Shown: positions 1 to 10,258 of the stretch, piece after piece | Numbering within the stretch: the first letter of the stretch is position 1 | How the letters are laid out: each line of letters opens with the position of its first letter | Translations under genes and position numbers: made by a program | Source of the DNA: Obrimoposthia wandeli | Lineage: Eukaryota | Length of the DNA stretch: 64,000 nt | Assembly: GCA_977020255.1 (NCBI GenBank) | Contig: CDROCS010001089.1 | Coordinates: forward strand, 620,001-684,000 | Reading direction: 5' to 3' | Notes under the pieces: model-generated | Told to the model about the DNA's origin: nothing | Seen by the model: the letters and a program-made list of their open reading frames with translations, nothing else | The model's database searches: none

Positions 1-694
1 TATCTATAAGGGTTGTGTAATCAAATACTAATCTGCCCGTCGCTTTTTGCACAGCATTCGCATAGGGAGGTAAATTTGAGCATTCAAGCAAAATAGGGCC
101 AACTTCAGGGTGCTCTTCAATCATTTTAAGTGCAGTGGCTACCACTTCTTGTTGGACTTTTTCAGGCTCTAAGGTGCCTGTTTCATCTAATATTGGTGCT
201 CGAAAATATGGCTGATCTTGTAAGCCGTAAATAACGGCGCTATCGGGGTTTTGCAAACCTGCTATAGCCAGTAATTCATGGCTTAAACGCTGTTTGTTCG
301 CACAGATTATGCCTATTTTTTGGTGTGCGCCTATAGTGCGTTCCAGCATAGGTAATTGCACTAAGCTTGATAGAATCACCGGGATATTAACGGCATCAGC
401 CACTTTTTTTTGATAGCGTACCATATAGCCGCAATCACTGGTGATCGCCTTTACACCCATACTCTCCATGTATTTAGCAACTTCAATCACATTATCGATT
501 AAAGACTCATCGCCTTGCTCAATTAGCCTTTCTAAAGTGACATCTGGTACTGTTTTATAAAGTACTGGGTAGTTGTAAGTAGAGGCATTGCCTACATCTC
601 CGGGTATAAAAGGAGTAGAGCAATCAATCAGCAAAATGCCGATGCCAAATCCGTAACTATCGGCTTGAGGGCGCACGTGATATTGAGTTGTCAT
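1..694 (-). CDS. Asp/Glu/hydantoin racemase family protein (3' end runs off the window)
   Basis: Hand translation from ATG at 694 is open to position 1: MTTQYHVRPQADSYGFGIGILLIDCSTPFIPGDVGNASTY...ITSDCG...ILLECSNLP. It carries both racemase-type Cys motifs. Not in the ORF track. Confidence 0.8.
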   Translation of the reverse strand, partial: MTTQYHVRPQADSYGFGIGILLIDCSTPFIPGDVGNASTYNYPVLYKTVPDVTLERLIEQGDESLIDNVIEVAKYMESMGVKAITSDCGYMVRYQKKVADAVNIPVILSSLVQLPMLERTIGAHQKIGIICANKQRLSHELLAIAGLQNPDSAVIYGLQDQPYFRAPILDETGTLEPEKVQQEVVATALKMIEEHPEVGPILLECSNLPPYANAVQKATGRLVFDYTTLID

Positions 695-852
695 TTAGCT
701 AATCTCCTATGCTGCTTAACTTAAAATGAGAGTTAAAAATAATCTTTTGCAGGAGTATATGGGAATTTGGAAGTGAACACGAGGCGGGTGAATGAGTGGT
801 AATTATGATTACGCGGGCTGGGATGTTTAGATCTAAAAAAGAGGGTTTAATT

Positions 853-890
853 TCTCTTAAACTCTCTTAAACTCTCTTAAACTCTCTTAA
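853..890. repeat. 10-bp tandem repeat (TCTCTTAAAC) x ~3.8
   Basis: tctcttaaac tctcttaaac tctcttaaac tctcttaa read directly. Confidence 0.9.
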
Positions 891-915
891 GCCCTGCCGT
901 TATAGGGCAGGGTTT
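889..915. terminator. GC-rich hairpin, probable terminator of the MCP gene
   Basis: CCCTGCC-gttatag-GGCAGGG, about 16 bp beyond the MCP stop; U-tract is weak. Confidence 0.5.
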
Positions 916-930
916 AAGAACTTGCTATTC

Positions 931-2577
931 TTACAACTTAAAGTAGCTCACTTGAGCTTTAAGTTGCGCTGAGAGTTCTTCTAGTGCGAAAGCAGCGCTA
1001 GAGTTATCTTGTAATGTCACGCCAGTATGTTGTGACATACTCGAAATCTCTTCAACACTTTGATTCACACTGGCAATAGTATCAACTTGATCATTGGTAG
1101 CCTCTACGACTTCTTTGATCTTTAGCAGTGAATCTTCAGCGTGATGTTGAATGTTTTCGAGTAGGTTGTTGGCTTCCTGTGTTAGAGCTAAGCCGCTGTC
1201 AACTTGTGGCACTGTGGTTTGCATGGCAGTAACCGTTTCTTGGGTATTAGTTTGTACTTGGCTAATCATCGTTTCGATTTCACCGGTTGCCGAGCCGGTA
1301 CGTTGTGCTAAGTGCCTGACCTCATCCGCAACCACTGCAAAGCCACGGCCTGATTCACCGGCTCTTGCCGCTTCAATAGCCGCGTTTAATGCTAGCAGAT
1401 TGGTTTGTTCAGAAATTTCACGAATCACATTGGCGATACTACCAATAGCCAATACTCTCTCTTGAAGAATATTAACTTGATCTACTGAGGCTTTAACTGT
1501 GTTGGATATTTTTTCGATTTCAGTGGCCACTTCAAGTACCGCAGCGCGTCCTTTTTGTGACAACTCAAAGGTTAAAGTCGAGTTTTCATCGGTTTGTTGT
1601 ACTTTATCAACAATCGAACTAAGGCTTTGATTCATTTGATCTAAGTTCTGGGCCGCGGTAGCGGTGACTGCATTTTGCTGTTGCGCCGCACTCAGTGCAC
1701 TCTTTGATCCAGAAGCAACCGTACTTGCCTGCTTAGAAAGCTGTGAAGAGGCAGTCATAATGCCAGTAACGGTTTGCTTGAGCTTTGTTTGCATCACCGA
1801 TACTGAGTGCATCATGCTATGTTGATTGCTGACCCCAATTTGCTGGCTTAAATCACCTTGTGAAATGCTCGCTACAACTGAAGAAGCGGTAGCCGGCTCG
1901 CCACCTAAAGCCAGCTTTATACTGCGCCCTATTAGTAAGGCGATAATCAAACCGAAAAATACTGCCACTGCTAACAGCGATATCATCCACCATTGAAAAC
2001 TACTCGCTACGTCTCTGGCAAGTGGCGTCGCCTTTTGATTCGCCGCCTCTTCATAATCAATAAACTGGTTGATGGCACCTAGCCAGTCTACGATTTTTTG
2101 CCTTGCTTGCGTTAACAGAATGTCAGTGGCTTTATCTATTTCTTGCGCGCGCTTATGTTCAATGATTTGGGTAATGAGGGGAAGCGTATCACGTTCTATT
2201 TGTTTTATATTCTTCATTATGCGGCTTTCGTTTTCGCTCATGTGCATTGAAGAGGATAAGAGCTTATCCATATCTTTAGCCGACATCTGATAAAAACCGT
2301 CTAAATCATCAATCAAAGTGACTAGGTTGTTCAATTCATTGGTTGATCTTGCCAATACTACATCGCGTATGGCGATCCCTCTGTCGTGAACGCTACCTCT
2401 AAAGTTGATTGCATAGCGCTGTTTTACCGAGTTAACGTCAGTTATTTCGGTTAAGGTAGCATCGATAAAATTGACTTTGTTAATACCAATAACCGTGAGC
2501 ATTAACATCATCAGTAGAACGAGTGAAAAGCCAGCCGCTAGTTTATGGCTGATTTTCATTGTCTTTTTAGAACTCAT
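931..2577 (-). CDS. Methyl-accepting chemotaxis protein (4-helix sensor domain, HAMP, MCP signal domain)
   Basis: Two TM segments; signature [31 protein letters not shown]. Start moved to MSSKK (GAGG RBS). Confidence 0.95.
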   Translation of the reverse strand: MSSKKTMKISHKLAAGFSLVLLMMLMLTVIGINKVNFIDATLTEITDVNSVKQRYAINFRGSVHDRGIAIRDVVLARSTNELNNLVTLIDDLDGFYQMSAKDMDKLLSSSMHMSENESRIMKNIKQIERDTLPLITQIIEHKRAQEIDKATDILLTQARQKIVDWLGAINQFIDYEEAANQKATPLARDVASSFQWWMISLLAVAVFFGLIIALLIGRSIKLALGGEPATASSVVASISQGDLSQQIGVSNQHSMMHSVSVMQTKLKQTVTGIMTASSQLSKQASTVASGSKSALSAAQQQNAVTATAAQNLDQMNQSLSSIVDKVQQTDENSTLTFELSQKGRAAVLEVATEIEKISNTVKASVDQVNILQERVLAIGSIANVIREISEQTNLLALNAAIEAARAGESGRGFAVVADEVRHLAQRTGSATGEIETMISQVQTNTQETVTAMQTTVPQVDSGLALTQEANNLLENIQHHAEDSLLKIKEVVEATNDQVDTIASVNQSVEEISSMSQHTGVTLQDNSSAAFALEELSAQLKAQVSYFKL

Positions 2578-2963
2578 ATTCGCCTCGAAAGTTGCAACTT
2601 TGAATTTACAGAGAACAGCCAATAGGGAATTGACTCTATTCAGTGACAATTTAGAAAAGCATTAAAACTTGTAAATTGCTGTGATTATTTTACAGAATGA
2701 TTATTCTGAATAGTATTAAATATTGATTCAAAATAGAACTAACGATAGTGGTTTATTTTATATCAATTTTCAGCTTTGATGGCTGCAATGCGATGTATTG
2801 AATTTACTGTCGTATGAAATTGATGATTAACTCACAGATTATGTTTTTTGCAACGCCACTGCCTTGAAAAGGGCGGCTAAAGGCCATTTTCTGCAAGCCC
2901 GTTATATTTTTATCTTAATGCACCACGACTCTTACCTTACCTTGCCATGGTGCTGTGGATAAT

Positions 2964-3126
2964 TAGTGCTCATCTTGAAACGGGGTCGTCGTGAGAGCGT
3001 TTCAATGATTCAAGATACGTACTACTAGATATGGGCGTTTGGTTATTCCAAATAACTAAATCTTATAGTGGGTAAATTGAGTCAGTGGGGCGTTCGCAGT
3101 AGGCATCCGTTTCTGGATGGGCACTA
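2964..3126 (+). mobile_element. MITE family 1, copy 1 (163 bp; TIR TAGTGCYCATC)
   Basis: Near-identical to 14649-14810 and, reverse-complemented, to 33857-34019. Ends are TAGTGCTCATC / GATGGGCACTA, each terminating in TA. Confidence 0.85.
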
Positions 3127-3132
3127 ATTAGC

Positions 3133-3621
3133 CTATTGCTGCTCAAGACTGCTTAAAAATTTACTTAATAACACATTCAATTGCTGTTGTTCTTTAGCTG
3201 ATAGATCGCAAGTAAGCCTAGATTGAGTCGCGACATGCGACGTCACTGTCTTATCTATCAAGTTAAATCCTGACTCGGTTAGCGAGATAATAAAACCTCG
3301 TCCATCATTGGGGTTGGCGATACGATCAACTAGCCCAGCTTTAACTAATCTATCAATACGATTGGTCATAGTTCCAGAGGTAATCATCATAGTAGCCAGT
3401 AACTCATTGGGCGATAAGGCGTATGGTTTGCCGCTGCGACGTAACGTGGCCAAGACATCAAAACTTGCATAATTTAAATCATGAGCGGTAAAGGTTTTAT
3501 CCATCTCCTTGGCTAAGTGCCCATTAACTTTTTTTATCCGACCTATCAGTTCCATAGAGCTGACATCTAGATCGGGGCGCTCTTTATTCCACTGTTTAAT
3601 AATATTATCTACTTTATCCAT
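3133..3621 (-). CDS. pecS: MarR-family regulator, PecS/UrtR-like
   Basis: N-terminal W in QWNKERPDL, FDVLATLRRSG and MMITSGTMTNRIDRL; divergent from a DMT gene. Confidence 0.8.
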   Translation of the reverse strand: MDKVDNIIKQWNKERPDLDVSSMELIGRIKKVNGHLAKEMDKTFTAHDLNYASFDVLATLRRSGKPYALSPNELLATMMITSGTMTNRIDRLVKAGLVDRIANPNDGRGFIISLTESGFNLIDKTVTSHVATQSRLTCDLSAKEQQQLNVLLSKFLSSLEQQ

Positions 3622-3630
3622 TGCAATATG

Positions 3631-3685
3631 ATATCACAATATACCTTGACATCAAGATATATTGTGATATCTTGACGTCAAGATA
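3631..3685. promoter_or_regulatory. Paired palindromic MarR (PecS) operators
   Basis: TACCTTGACATCAAGATA (3642-3659) and the perfect TATCTTGACGTCAAGATA (3668-3685). 3631-3670 is itself a near-perfect 40-bp palindrome. Confidence 0.8.
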
Positions 3686-3702
3686 AATTTGGAATCGATA
3701 AC

Positions 3703-4608
3703 ATGTCTAACAAACTAATACTAATAACCACTGCATTAGCACCGATAATTTGGGGCAGCAGCTATATAGTCACTACTGAATATTTGCCTCAGGGTTACCC
3801 ATTAACTTTGGCTGTGTTACGCGCACTTCCAGTAGGGTTGTTGCTGCTAATGCTCTGCCGTCAATTACCTAGTGCCAATTGGTGGCTTAAAATTGTCATA
3901 CTAGGAGCACTCAATTTTTCTATTTTTTGGTGGTTACTGTTTGTCTCCGCTTATCGATTACCAGGTGGCGTTGCTGCCACTATTGGTGCTATTCAACCAC
4001 TACTGGTGCTTTTTTTAGCCCGAGGTTTTTTAGGGTCACAGATACATATATATGCTATTGCAGCTGCAATCTCTGGCGTCTTTGGAGTGGCATTATTGTT
4101 GTTAACAGCAATAATGCCACTAGATAAAATTGGCTTACTAGCAGGTGTAGGCGGGGCTATCTCTATGGCTTTTGGCACTGTGTTAAGTAAGAAATGGCTG
4201 AGCGAAAATCAGCAAAGTTCAGTCAGCCCTTTAACCTTCACCGCTTGGCAATTAGTGGCGGGAGGACTGCTATTACTACCCGCTGCGGTTATTTTAGAGC
4301 CCGCACTACCCAGCTTAAGCAACGAAAATATATTTGGCTTATTTTACTTAGGGTTAGTGGGTGCAGGGCTTACTTACCTACTTTGGTTCCGTGGTTTAGC
4401 CAAGCTATCACCAAACGCTATAGCACCTCTGGGTTTTTTAAGCCCGGTCACTGCTGTGTTCTTAGGCTGGATAGTTCTAGGACAAAGTTTATCAGTATTA
4501 CAATTTGTCGGTGCAGCCATTATCTTTTTTAGTATTTGGCTAAGCCAGCGAAAACCACCACAAACACCTTTGCAGCTGAGCCCTAGTGCTCATAAAAAAT
4601 ACAGTTAA
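3703..4608 (+). CDS. pecM: EamA/DMT transporter, PecM-like
   Basis: About 10 TM segments; TALAPIIWGSSYIVTTEYLP and YRLPGGVAA; divergent from pecS. Confidence 0.75.
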   Translation: MSNKLILITTALAPIIWGSSYIVTTEYLPQGYPLTLAVLRALPVGLLLLMLCRQLPSANWWLKIVILGALNFSIFWWLLFVSAYRLPGGVAATIGAIQPLLVLFLARGFLGSQIHIYAIAAAISGVFGVALLLLTAIMPLDKIGLLAGVGGAISMAFGTVLSKKWLSENQQSSVSPLTFTAWQLVAGGLLLLPAAVILEPALPSLSNENIFGLFYLGLVGAGLTYLLWFRGLAKLSPNAIAPLGFLSPVTAVFLGWIVLGQSLSVLQFVGAAIIFFSIWLSQRKPPQTPLQLSPSAHKKYS

Positions 4609-4644
4609 ATATTAATCAAACACTTTAAATTACAAGGAATACTC

Positions 4645-5286
4645 ATGAAAATTACAGTATTAGGCGCAACAGGTAATGCAGGTAGCCGAGTGGTCACTGA
4701 GGCTCTTTCTCGTGGCCACGAGGTCACCGCCGTGCTTAGAAACCCTGCCGCGATTAACAGTCTCCCTACCGGCATTAAGGTTATTACGGGCGATGCCAGT
4801 AATATAGAGGATGTAACGGCATTCAGCACTGGTCAGGATGTGGTGATTTCAGCTATTCGCCCTGCATCAGGGCTCGAGAGTAGCGTGATTGCGACAACCC
4901 GAACATTGATGGATGGTCTCTCGAAAACCGGTGCACGATTGCTGGTGGTTGGCGGGGCCTCAACACTTACAGTGCCAGGCACTGGTGGTAAGACGGTAAT
5001 TGAAGATGCAAATTATCTACCAGTTACGGCACGGCATATTGGCAAGGCGAGTGCTGACCAATTAGAAGCCTGCCTTGCAGAAAGCCGAGTGGACTGGGCA
5101 TATCTTAGTCCCGCTGCACAATTTTCTCCGGGAGAGCGCACTGGCAAATACCGACTGGGTACTGATGTACTGTTGGTTGATGGTGAGGGTAGATCAAAAA
5201 TCTCGATGGAGGATGCTGCGATTGCGCTTCTCGATGAAGCAGAACAACCCAAGCATTACCAAACTAGATTTACTGTTGGCTACTGA
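4645..5286 (+). CDS. NAD(P)-binding oxidoreductase (YwnB/flavin-reductase-like)
   Basis: Rossmann motif GATGNAG; LSPAAQFSPGERTGKYRLG; ISMEDAA. Confidence 0.9.
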   Translation: MKITVLGATGNAGSRVVTEALSRGHEVTAVLRNPAAINSLPTGIKVITGDASNIEDVTAFSTGQDVVISAIRPASGLESSVIATTRTLMDGLSKTGARLLVVGGASTLTVPGTGGKTVIEDANYLPVTARHIGKASADQLEACLAESRVDWAYLSPAAQFSPGERTGKYRLGTDVLLVDGEGRSKISMEDAAIALLDEAEQPKHYQTRFTVGY

Positions 5287-5611
5287 TTTTTTGGCAGGCT
5301 TAGCCTGCCTAACTGGCCCTTTAAGCTGAGCCCCAAAAAAGGAACAATGCTGAATACTATTATCACTATTACAGGGTAAGTAAAGCGCGCTTTAACCCTA
5401 TAGGCTGGTGTGTTCTCTTCTATTAGGTAAATGGCGCAAATGAGGCAGGGGGTTAGCTCTTTCTCATCTGGGCTGAAAAATAATTTTTACAATGACACTT
5501 TCTTCTAACATTGCAAAAGCCAATAGAGGGATACAAGGTAAGAAGAACCTTGTTTTTAAGTGGAAAACGTATCATTGCAGCGTGCATGCGTACAAAAAAT
5601 TCCCGGTTATA

Positions 5612-5628
5612 TTGGTACTATTTTTGCA
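5612..5628 (+). promoter_or_regulatory. Putative sigma54 promoter upstream of the VOC gene
   Basis: TTGGTACTATTTTTGCA, GG-N10-GC spacing. Confidence 0.5.
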
Positions 5629-5736
5629 GTGTTTAGCTAAGATAATAGGTGAATTGCTGCTTACGTAATATAGATATAAAATCAGGTTTCATATACTCGT
5701 TTCACTAATACTCCCACCAAAAATGAGAATTAACCA

Positions 5737-6120
5737 ATGCTAAAATCAATTCATCACGCTGCTATTATTTGCTCAAACTATGAGAAATCTAAGCACTTTT
5801 ATGTGCAGATTTTAGGCTTGCGGGTGTTAGCAGAGAATTACCGTGCGCAGCGCAACTCGTACAAATTAGATTTAGCGTTGCCAGATGGCGGCCAAATTGA
5901 GTTGTTCTCTTTTGCAAACAGCCCAACTAGGCCCAGCTACCCAGAGGCACAAGGGCTGCGCCATTTAGCATTTAGTGTCGATTCTATCACCCAAGTCATT
6001 GAGCATTTATCTAAGCATGGGATCAGCGTAGAAGAAGTGCGCGTAGATGAATACACGGGTAAACAGTTTACGTTTTTTGCAGATCCAGATGGCTTACCAT
6101 TAGAGTTGTATGAAGTATAA
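5737..6120 (+). CDS. VOC/glyoxalase family protein (YaeR-like)
   Basis: IHHAAIICSNYEKSKHFY, GLRHLAF, FFADPDGLPLELYE. Confidence 0.9.
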   Translation: MLKSIHHAAIICSNYEKSKHFYVQILGLRVLAENYRAQRNSYKLDLALPDGGQIELFSFANSPTRPSYPEAQGLRHLAFSVDSITQVIEHLSKHGISVEEVRVDEYTGKQFTFFADPDGLPLELYEV

Positions 6121-6149
6121 GTTACGATAGATAAGCTAAAAAATTTTAG

Positions 6150-7436
6150 CTAGCTGCTCACAAAAATATCAAATTTCTCCTGTAAATTGAGCTCCATTTC
6201 ATGGATGCGCTGGATAAGAGTGTCATCTAGCTTTTGCCCAGCGCTTAATAATAAACAATGGGCACTATTGGTGATGTCGCGGCTCAAGGTCATAGTCGTT
6301 TTCAATTGATCACTGGCCACTCGTGTGTCGTACACTAAAGTTTGTGCTTTCGCCATTTTAGGCATTAGCTCTTGCAGGGCGCTCACCACTTGCGCGTTAT
6401 AGCGGTTGGCTACATCATTTTGCATGTAGCTAAAGGCTTGCTCTGAGCTATCGGCTTGCTGTTTATAGAGGCCGCAGGTTAACTCGATGTAATCGTTTAG
6501 TACGCACATGATTTGTGCTCTTAAATCGATATCCTGCGCTTTTAAGCCCTTAGGATAACCACTGCCATCTAAGTATTCGCGATGTTGAGAAATGATTTGC
6601 CCCGATGGATACAGCGGCTTAACGCGTAAACAAACGGCTAGGGCGTGTAACGGGTGTAAGTGGAAGCTGCGTTGTTGTTGCACTGATAATAATAAATATG
6701 GGGTAGCCAGCAGCTCGTCACTAAAACTGAGCTTTCCTATGTGACGTAATTGCCATGCAAAATGCAGCTGTTTAAGCTCATTACCTGTTATTTCAAACTT
6801 AGCGGCTAAATCTAGCAGCAGCTGATTGAAAGGCAATGGGGTAGTGTTATTCAGTGTTTTTAATCTTGAATCGATCAAGGAAGAGAACATTTTTACGATG
6901 GCTCGGTAGCTCTCTTGAAGTTCACTATTAGTGCTTTGCAACTGCAGTGTGCGCTGGGCAACTTTTTGCTCTAGTGTGTGATTAAGCTCTGCTAATTCTT
7001 GATTCTTTTGCAACGTCAGCTTTTCTAATTGCTGGTTTTTTAGCATTAATTGCTTAAGTGAAAAGCTCTTGGTGACAGTGGTAATAACTTCTTGATCACT
7101 CCAAGGTTTCAGCAAAAATCGACTTATATTACCTTTATTGATAGCGTTGATGGTTGCATCGACATCCGCGTAACCACTAAGCACTACTCGCTCTGTGTTC
7201 GGCCATTTTTGCGCCACTTGCGCTAGTAGCTCATCACCTGACATTTGCGGCATGCGCATATCGCTAATCACGATATCGACCGTTTCATTAGCGAGTATAT
7301 TTAAAGCTTCATCACCTGAGCCGGCACAGTGAATTTTACATTTTAAAGGCATCAATAAGCGCTTGAGTGCGTTTAAAATAGGCTTTTCATCATCAACCAA
7401 TAATACGCTGTTTTGGGAGTAATCTTGATCAGTCAA
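6150..7436 (-). CDS. Response regulator with degenerate HD-GYP-like output domain
   Basis: REC domain (VDDE, SDMRMP, KPW); LRHIGK in place of HDIGK; HRE...DGSGYP. Confidence 0.85.
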   Translation of the reverse strand: MTDQDYSQNSVLLVDDEKPILNALKRLLMPLKCKIHCAGSGDEALNILANETVDIVISDMRMPQMSGDELLAQVAQKWPNTERVVLSGYADVDATINAINKGNISRFLLKPWSDQEVITTVTKSFSLKQLMLKNQQLEKLTLQKNQELAELNHTLEQKVAQRTLQLQSTNSELQESYRAIVKMFSSLIDSRLKTLNNTTPLPFNQLLLDLAAKFEITGNELKQLHFAWQLRHIGKLSFSDELLATPYLLLSVQQQRSFHLHPLHALAVCLRVKPLYPSGQIISQHREYLDGSGYPKGLKAQDIDLRAQIMCVLNDYIELTCGLYKQQADSSEQAFSYMQNDVANRYNAQVVSALQELMPKMAKAQTLVYDTRVASDQLKTTMTLSRDITNSAHCLLLSAGQKLDDTLIQRIHEMELNLQEKFDIFVSS

Positions 7437-7509
7437 AATGTCATTCCTTGCGGTTGCCGATAGCTATATTAATAGCTAAAATAATTGCTAATAAAAATAA
7501 ACAAGCAGG

Positions 7510-9153
7510 TTAAATTTTAGGTTGTGATTCCAAAGAGCTAGCATCTGTAATGATCGGCAGTTCAATAGTAAAACAGCTGCCCAAGCCTAATGTGCTCTCT
7601 ACTTTAATAGTCCCCTGGTGTTCTTCAACAATGCCATAAGAGATCGATAATCCAAGCCCAGTACCTTGGCCTACCGCTTTGGTTGTATAAAAAGGGTCAA
7701 AAATATTGGCTAGTTTTTCAGGGACGATACCTGCGCCATCATCGCTTATTTGGATGATTATTTTATCAGGCTGCGCTCGGCTACTAATTTTAATGAGGCC
7801 ACGCTCTTCAATGGCTTGTGATGCATTGATGATAATGTTGAGAAAAACTTGATTCATCTGCCCCACTGAAATCATGGTTAAAGGCAATGGTTGTAAATCG
7901 AGTTGTACTTCGCAGTGATATTTCAACTGGCTGTTGACCACTTTTAAAGTGCTTTGAATACATTGATCAATATCGTAAAGGGTGAATTTATTATCGTGAT
8001 CAACATGGGAAAACTCTTTTAGCCCTTTCACTATATCTTTAACCCGCAAGCTACCTTCTTGCGTATCTTTGAGTAATTCATCAATATCTTCCTCAATGAA
8101 AGGCATATCAAATTCCGCTTCTTTTGCGAGAATAGCGGTTAATTGTGCGCTACGTAGCTGCTCATCTGTTTCTAAACTGAGTGTGCGATAGTGCTCTATA
8201 AGCCATTGGTAACAAGTTTGGTAGCGCTGTAATGTTGCTATATTGCTGATCACAAAGCTCATAGGGTTATTTATTTCATGCGCAACTCCAGCGGCTAATA
8301 AACCCAGAGAAGCCATTTTTTCCGATTGCAGTAATTGAGCTTGCGCTGCTTTAATTTCTTTATTCGCCGCCGATAATTGCTGGTTACGTGCCTCTAACTG
8401 CGCGGTTCTGCTGATGACACTAGCTTCTAAAGAAAGATTTAATTCTTTTAGCGCAACCTCGGCGCTATCACGACGCTCGCTGGCAATACGCAAATTCTTA
8501 GCCATTGAATTAAACGCTTTAGCAACGTCAGCTATTTCATCGCGCCCTTTTACAGGCACATCAATATTTAAATCACCTTTTGCTATGCTTTTCGCGGCAG
8601 CGCGCAACACTTTTAATTGACCAGTTAAGTAGCTACCTAATATCAAAGAGAAAAGAGCAACCAAAGACATTTCAACTAAACCGATGATGGCGCTGCGTTG
8701 TTGAGCTTCACTGATAATCGCTATTATCGGCGCTATATCTAAACCCAGTTCAACTCTGCCATAAATGACACCCGCTTCTGATATTTCGGCAAAAGTATCG
8801 TAGATGCCGTCAGTAACTAACTCTACTTGTAAATCTTGTTTGAATTCACGCGCAAGTGCTACTTTATCTCCACCGCTGGCGAACAGCTGGTTTTGAGGGC
8901 CTAAAACACGAGCATATTTCAAATCGTGGTTTTTGAGCACTTCACTAACAAAAGCTTCTAAGGAAGCTAAATCGTAGGAGAGCACACCATCTTTGGTGGT
9001 GGTAGCAAACAGTGTTGCAGTGGTGGTTGCGCGCTTGGAAAGCGCGTCATAGTTACTTGATTTAAGATAATCTAAGGTCATAGAGATCAAAGCCAATAAG
9101 AGAATAGCTTCTATTAAAGCAATGCCTAATATCGTTTTTAATCTAAATGACAT
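7510..9153 (-). CDS. Sensor histidine kinase (TM, HAMP, HisKA, HATPase)
   Basis: H-box GVAHEINNP; N, D/F and G boxes (QVFLNIIINA, DDGAG, FDPFYTTK, GTGLGLS). Confidence 0.95.
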   Translation of the reverse strand: MSFRLKTILGIALIEAILLLALISMTLDYLKSSNYDALSKRATTTATLFATTTKDGVLSYDLASLEAFVSEVLKNHDLKYARVLGPQNQLFASGGDKVALAREFKQDLQVELVTDGIYDTFAEISEAGVIYGRVELGLDIAPIIAIISEAQQRSAIIGLVEMSLVALFSLILGSYLTGQLKVLRAAAKSIAKGDLNIDVPVKGRDEIADVAKAFNSMAKNLRIASERRDSAEVALKELNLSLEASVISRTAQLEARNQQLSAANKEIKAAQAQLLQSEKMASLGLLAAGVAHEINNPMSFVISNIATLQRYQTCYQWLIEHYRTLSLETDEQLRSAQLTAILAKEAEFDMPFIEEDIDELLKDTQEGSLRVKDIVKGLKEFSHVDHDNKFTLYDIDQCIQSTLKVVNSQLKYHCEVQLDLQPLPLTMISVGQMNQVFLNIIINASQAIEERGLIKISSRAQPDKIIIQISDDGAGIVPEKLANIFDPFYTTKAVGQGTGLGLSISYGIVEEHQGTIKVESTLGLGSCFTIELPIITDASSLESQPKI

Positions 9154-9198
9154 TGAAAATTACTCTCACTATGGCTGCTCGCTGTATCTACATTAAAT

Positions 9199-10044
9199 TT
9201 AGTTTAATAAGTGTTCTAAAAGTTTGATATCTAAAGCGCGGACATCATCCCAATCACTGCTGATAGCAGGGCCTAAATTCTTAAACTTTACACTCGCTAA
9301 TAATTTTTTCCCCTGTCCGGTATCGTACATACCGAGTAAAGCACTTTGTATCAGCTTTGCTGTTTCAGTGGTGAGCCTTGGGTGAACGGCCACCGCGTGG
9401 GGCGTATAGCCAGGAGTTGTCCAAAGCACCTTTAGCTTATCGCTCACGGTGGCATCCGTATTGTTAAAGGTGCGCATTACGCCGCCGCCAGCGGGGAAAA
9501 ATCCACGGGCAACACTTAAATAAACTGAATCGTGGGAAGAAACGTATTTCGGGGTTATTTTAATGCCATCAGCACGCATTTTGGCGCGCGGTAATACACT
9601 CGCCGCAAAAGCTGCAGGTGCTGGAAACGCTAAAGTTTTGCCATCAAGTTGCGAAAGCTGCGTAATTGGGCTGTCTTTAGGCACCACAATAATGCCTTTA
9701 ATACGTTTACTTTGCTCTTTAGCAATCGCTTGGTAGCCGGGCTTTTGGTTAAAAACAGTAAAGTGATAAGGATTCATATAGGCAATATCATACTCGCCTG
9801 CCAGTAAGCGTTTTTCAAATGTTGGGATATCACGCGCGGTACTGAAAATGATATTCATACCGGTTTTCTTGCTTAGATATTGGCTGATAGGCGTCCACAA
9901 CTTGGCCAGCACTTTAGCAGATTGTTGGGGGACCACGCCTAGTTTTAAGGTTTGCACGGTTGAAGTCGCTGTTTGGGCGGCAAATAGGGAATGGCTGAAA
10001 CTTAAAAAAAGTACCAACAAAACACTTAATCGTTTGGTATTCAT
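9199..10044 (-). CDS. PhnD-like phosphate/phosphite/phosphonate periplasmic binding protein with no permease
   Basis: Signal peptide; LKLGVVPQ, MNPYH, SHDSVY, PGYTPHAVAVHPR. Confidence 0.8.
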   Translation of the reverse strand: MNTKRLSVLLVLFLSFSHSLFAAQTATSTVQTLKLGVVPQQSAKVLAKLWTPISQYLSKKTGMNIIFSTARDIPTFEKRLLAGEYDIAYMNPYHFTVFNQKPGYQAIAKEQSKRIKGIIVVPKDSPITQLSQLDGKTLAFPAPAAFAASVLPRAKMRADGIKITPKYVSSHDSVYLSVARGFFPAGGGVMRTFNNTDATVSDKLKVLWTTPGYTPHAVAVHPRLTTETAKLIQSALLGMYDTGQGKKLLASVKFKNLGPAISSDWDDVRALDIKLLEHLLN

Positions 10045-10237
10045 ATTTTACTCCGCTGGGGCGAAAGTTATTAGAAAAAGGCCTTAAAGTGGTTAACTGA
10101 TAGCTGTTACACTTCAACTTTAGCTAAAAAAGTATTAAAAAGCTTGTTATTTACTACCTAAAAACAGATACATACCTAAATGGCAGCCATTAGATACAAT
10201 TACTTAAAGAATGTGATTTTCGGGTTAAAAATAATTA

Positions 10238-10254
10238 CGCAAGCGAAATGCCTA
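10238..10254 (-). promoter_or_regulatory. Possible weaker sigma54 promoter upstream of the PBP-HK-RR operon
   Basis: Minus strand TAGGCATTTCGCTTGCG, GG-N10-GC with TTGC, but AGG instead of TGG. Confidence 0.3.
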
Positions 10255-10258
10255 GCCA

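Noticed and set aside
2830-2960. c-di-GMP-I riboswitch upstream of the MCP
   Set aside because: GC-rich hairpins and a GAAA are present, but the GCAAA/GACGCAAAGC architecture could not be matched. An Rfam scan would settle it.
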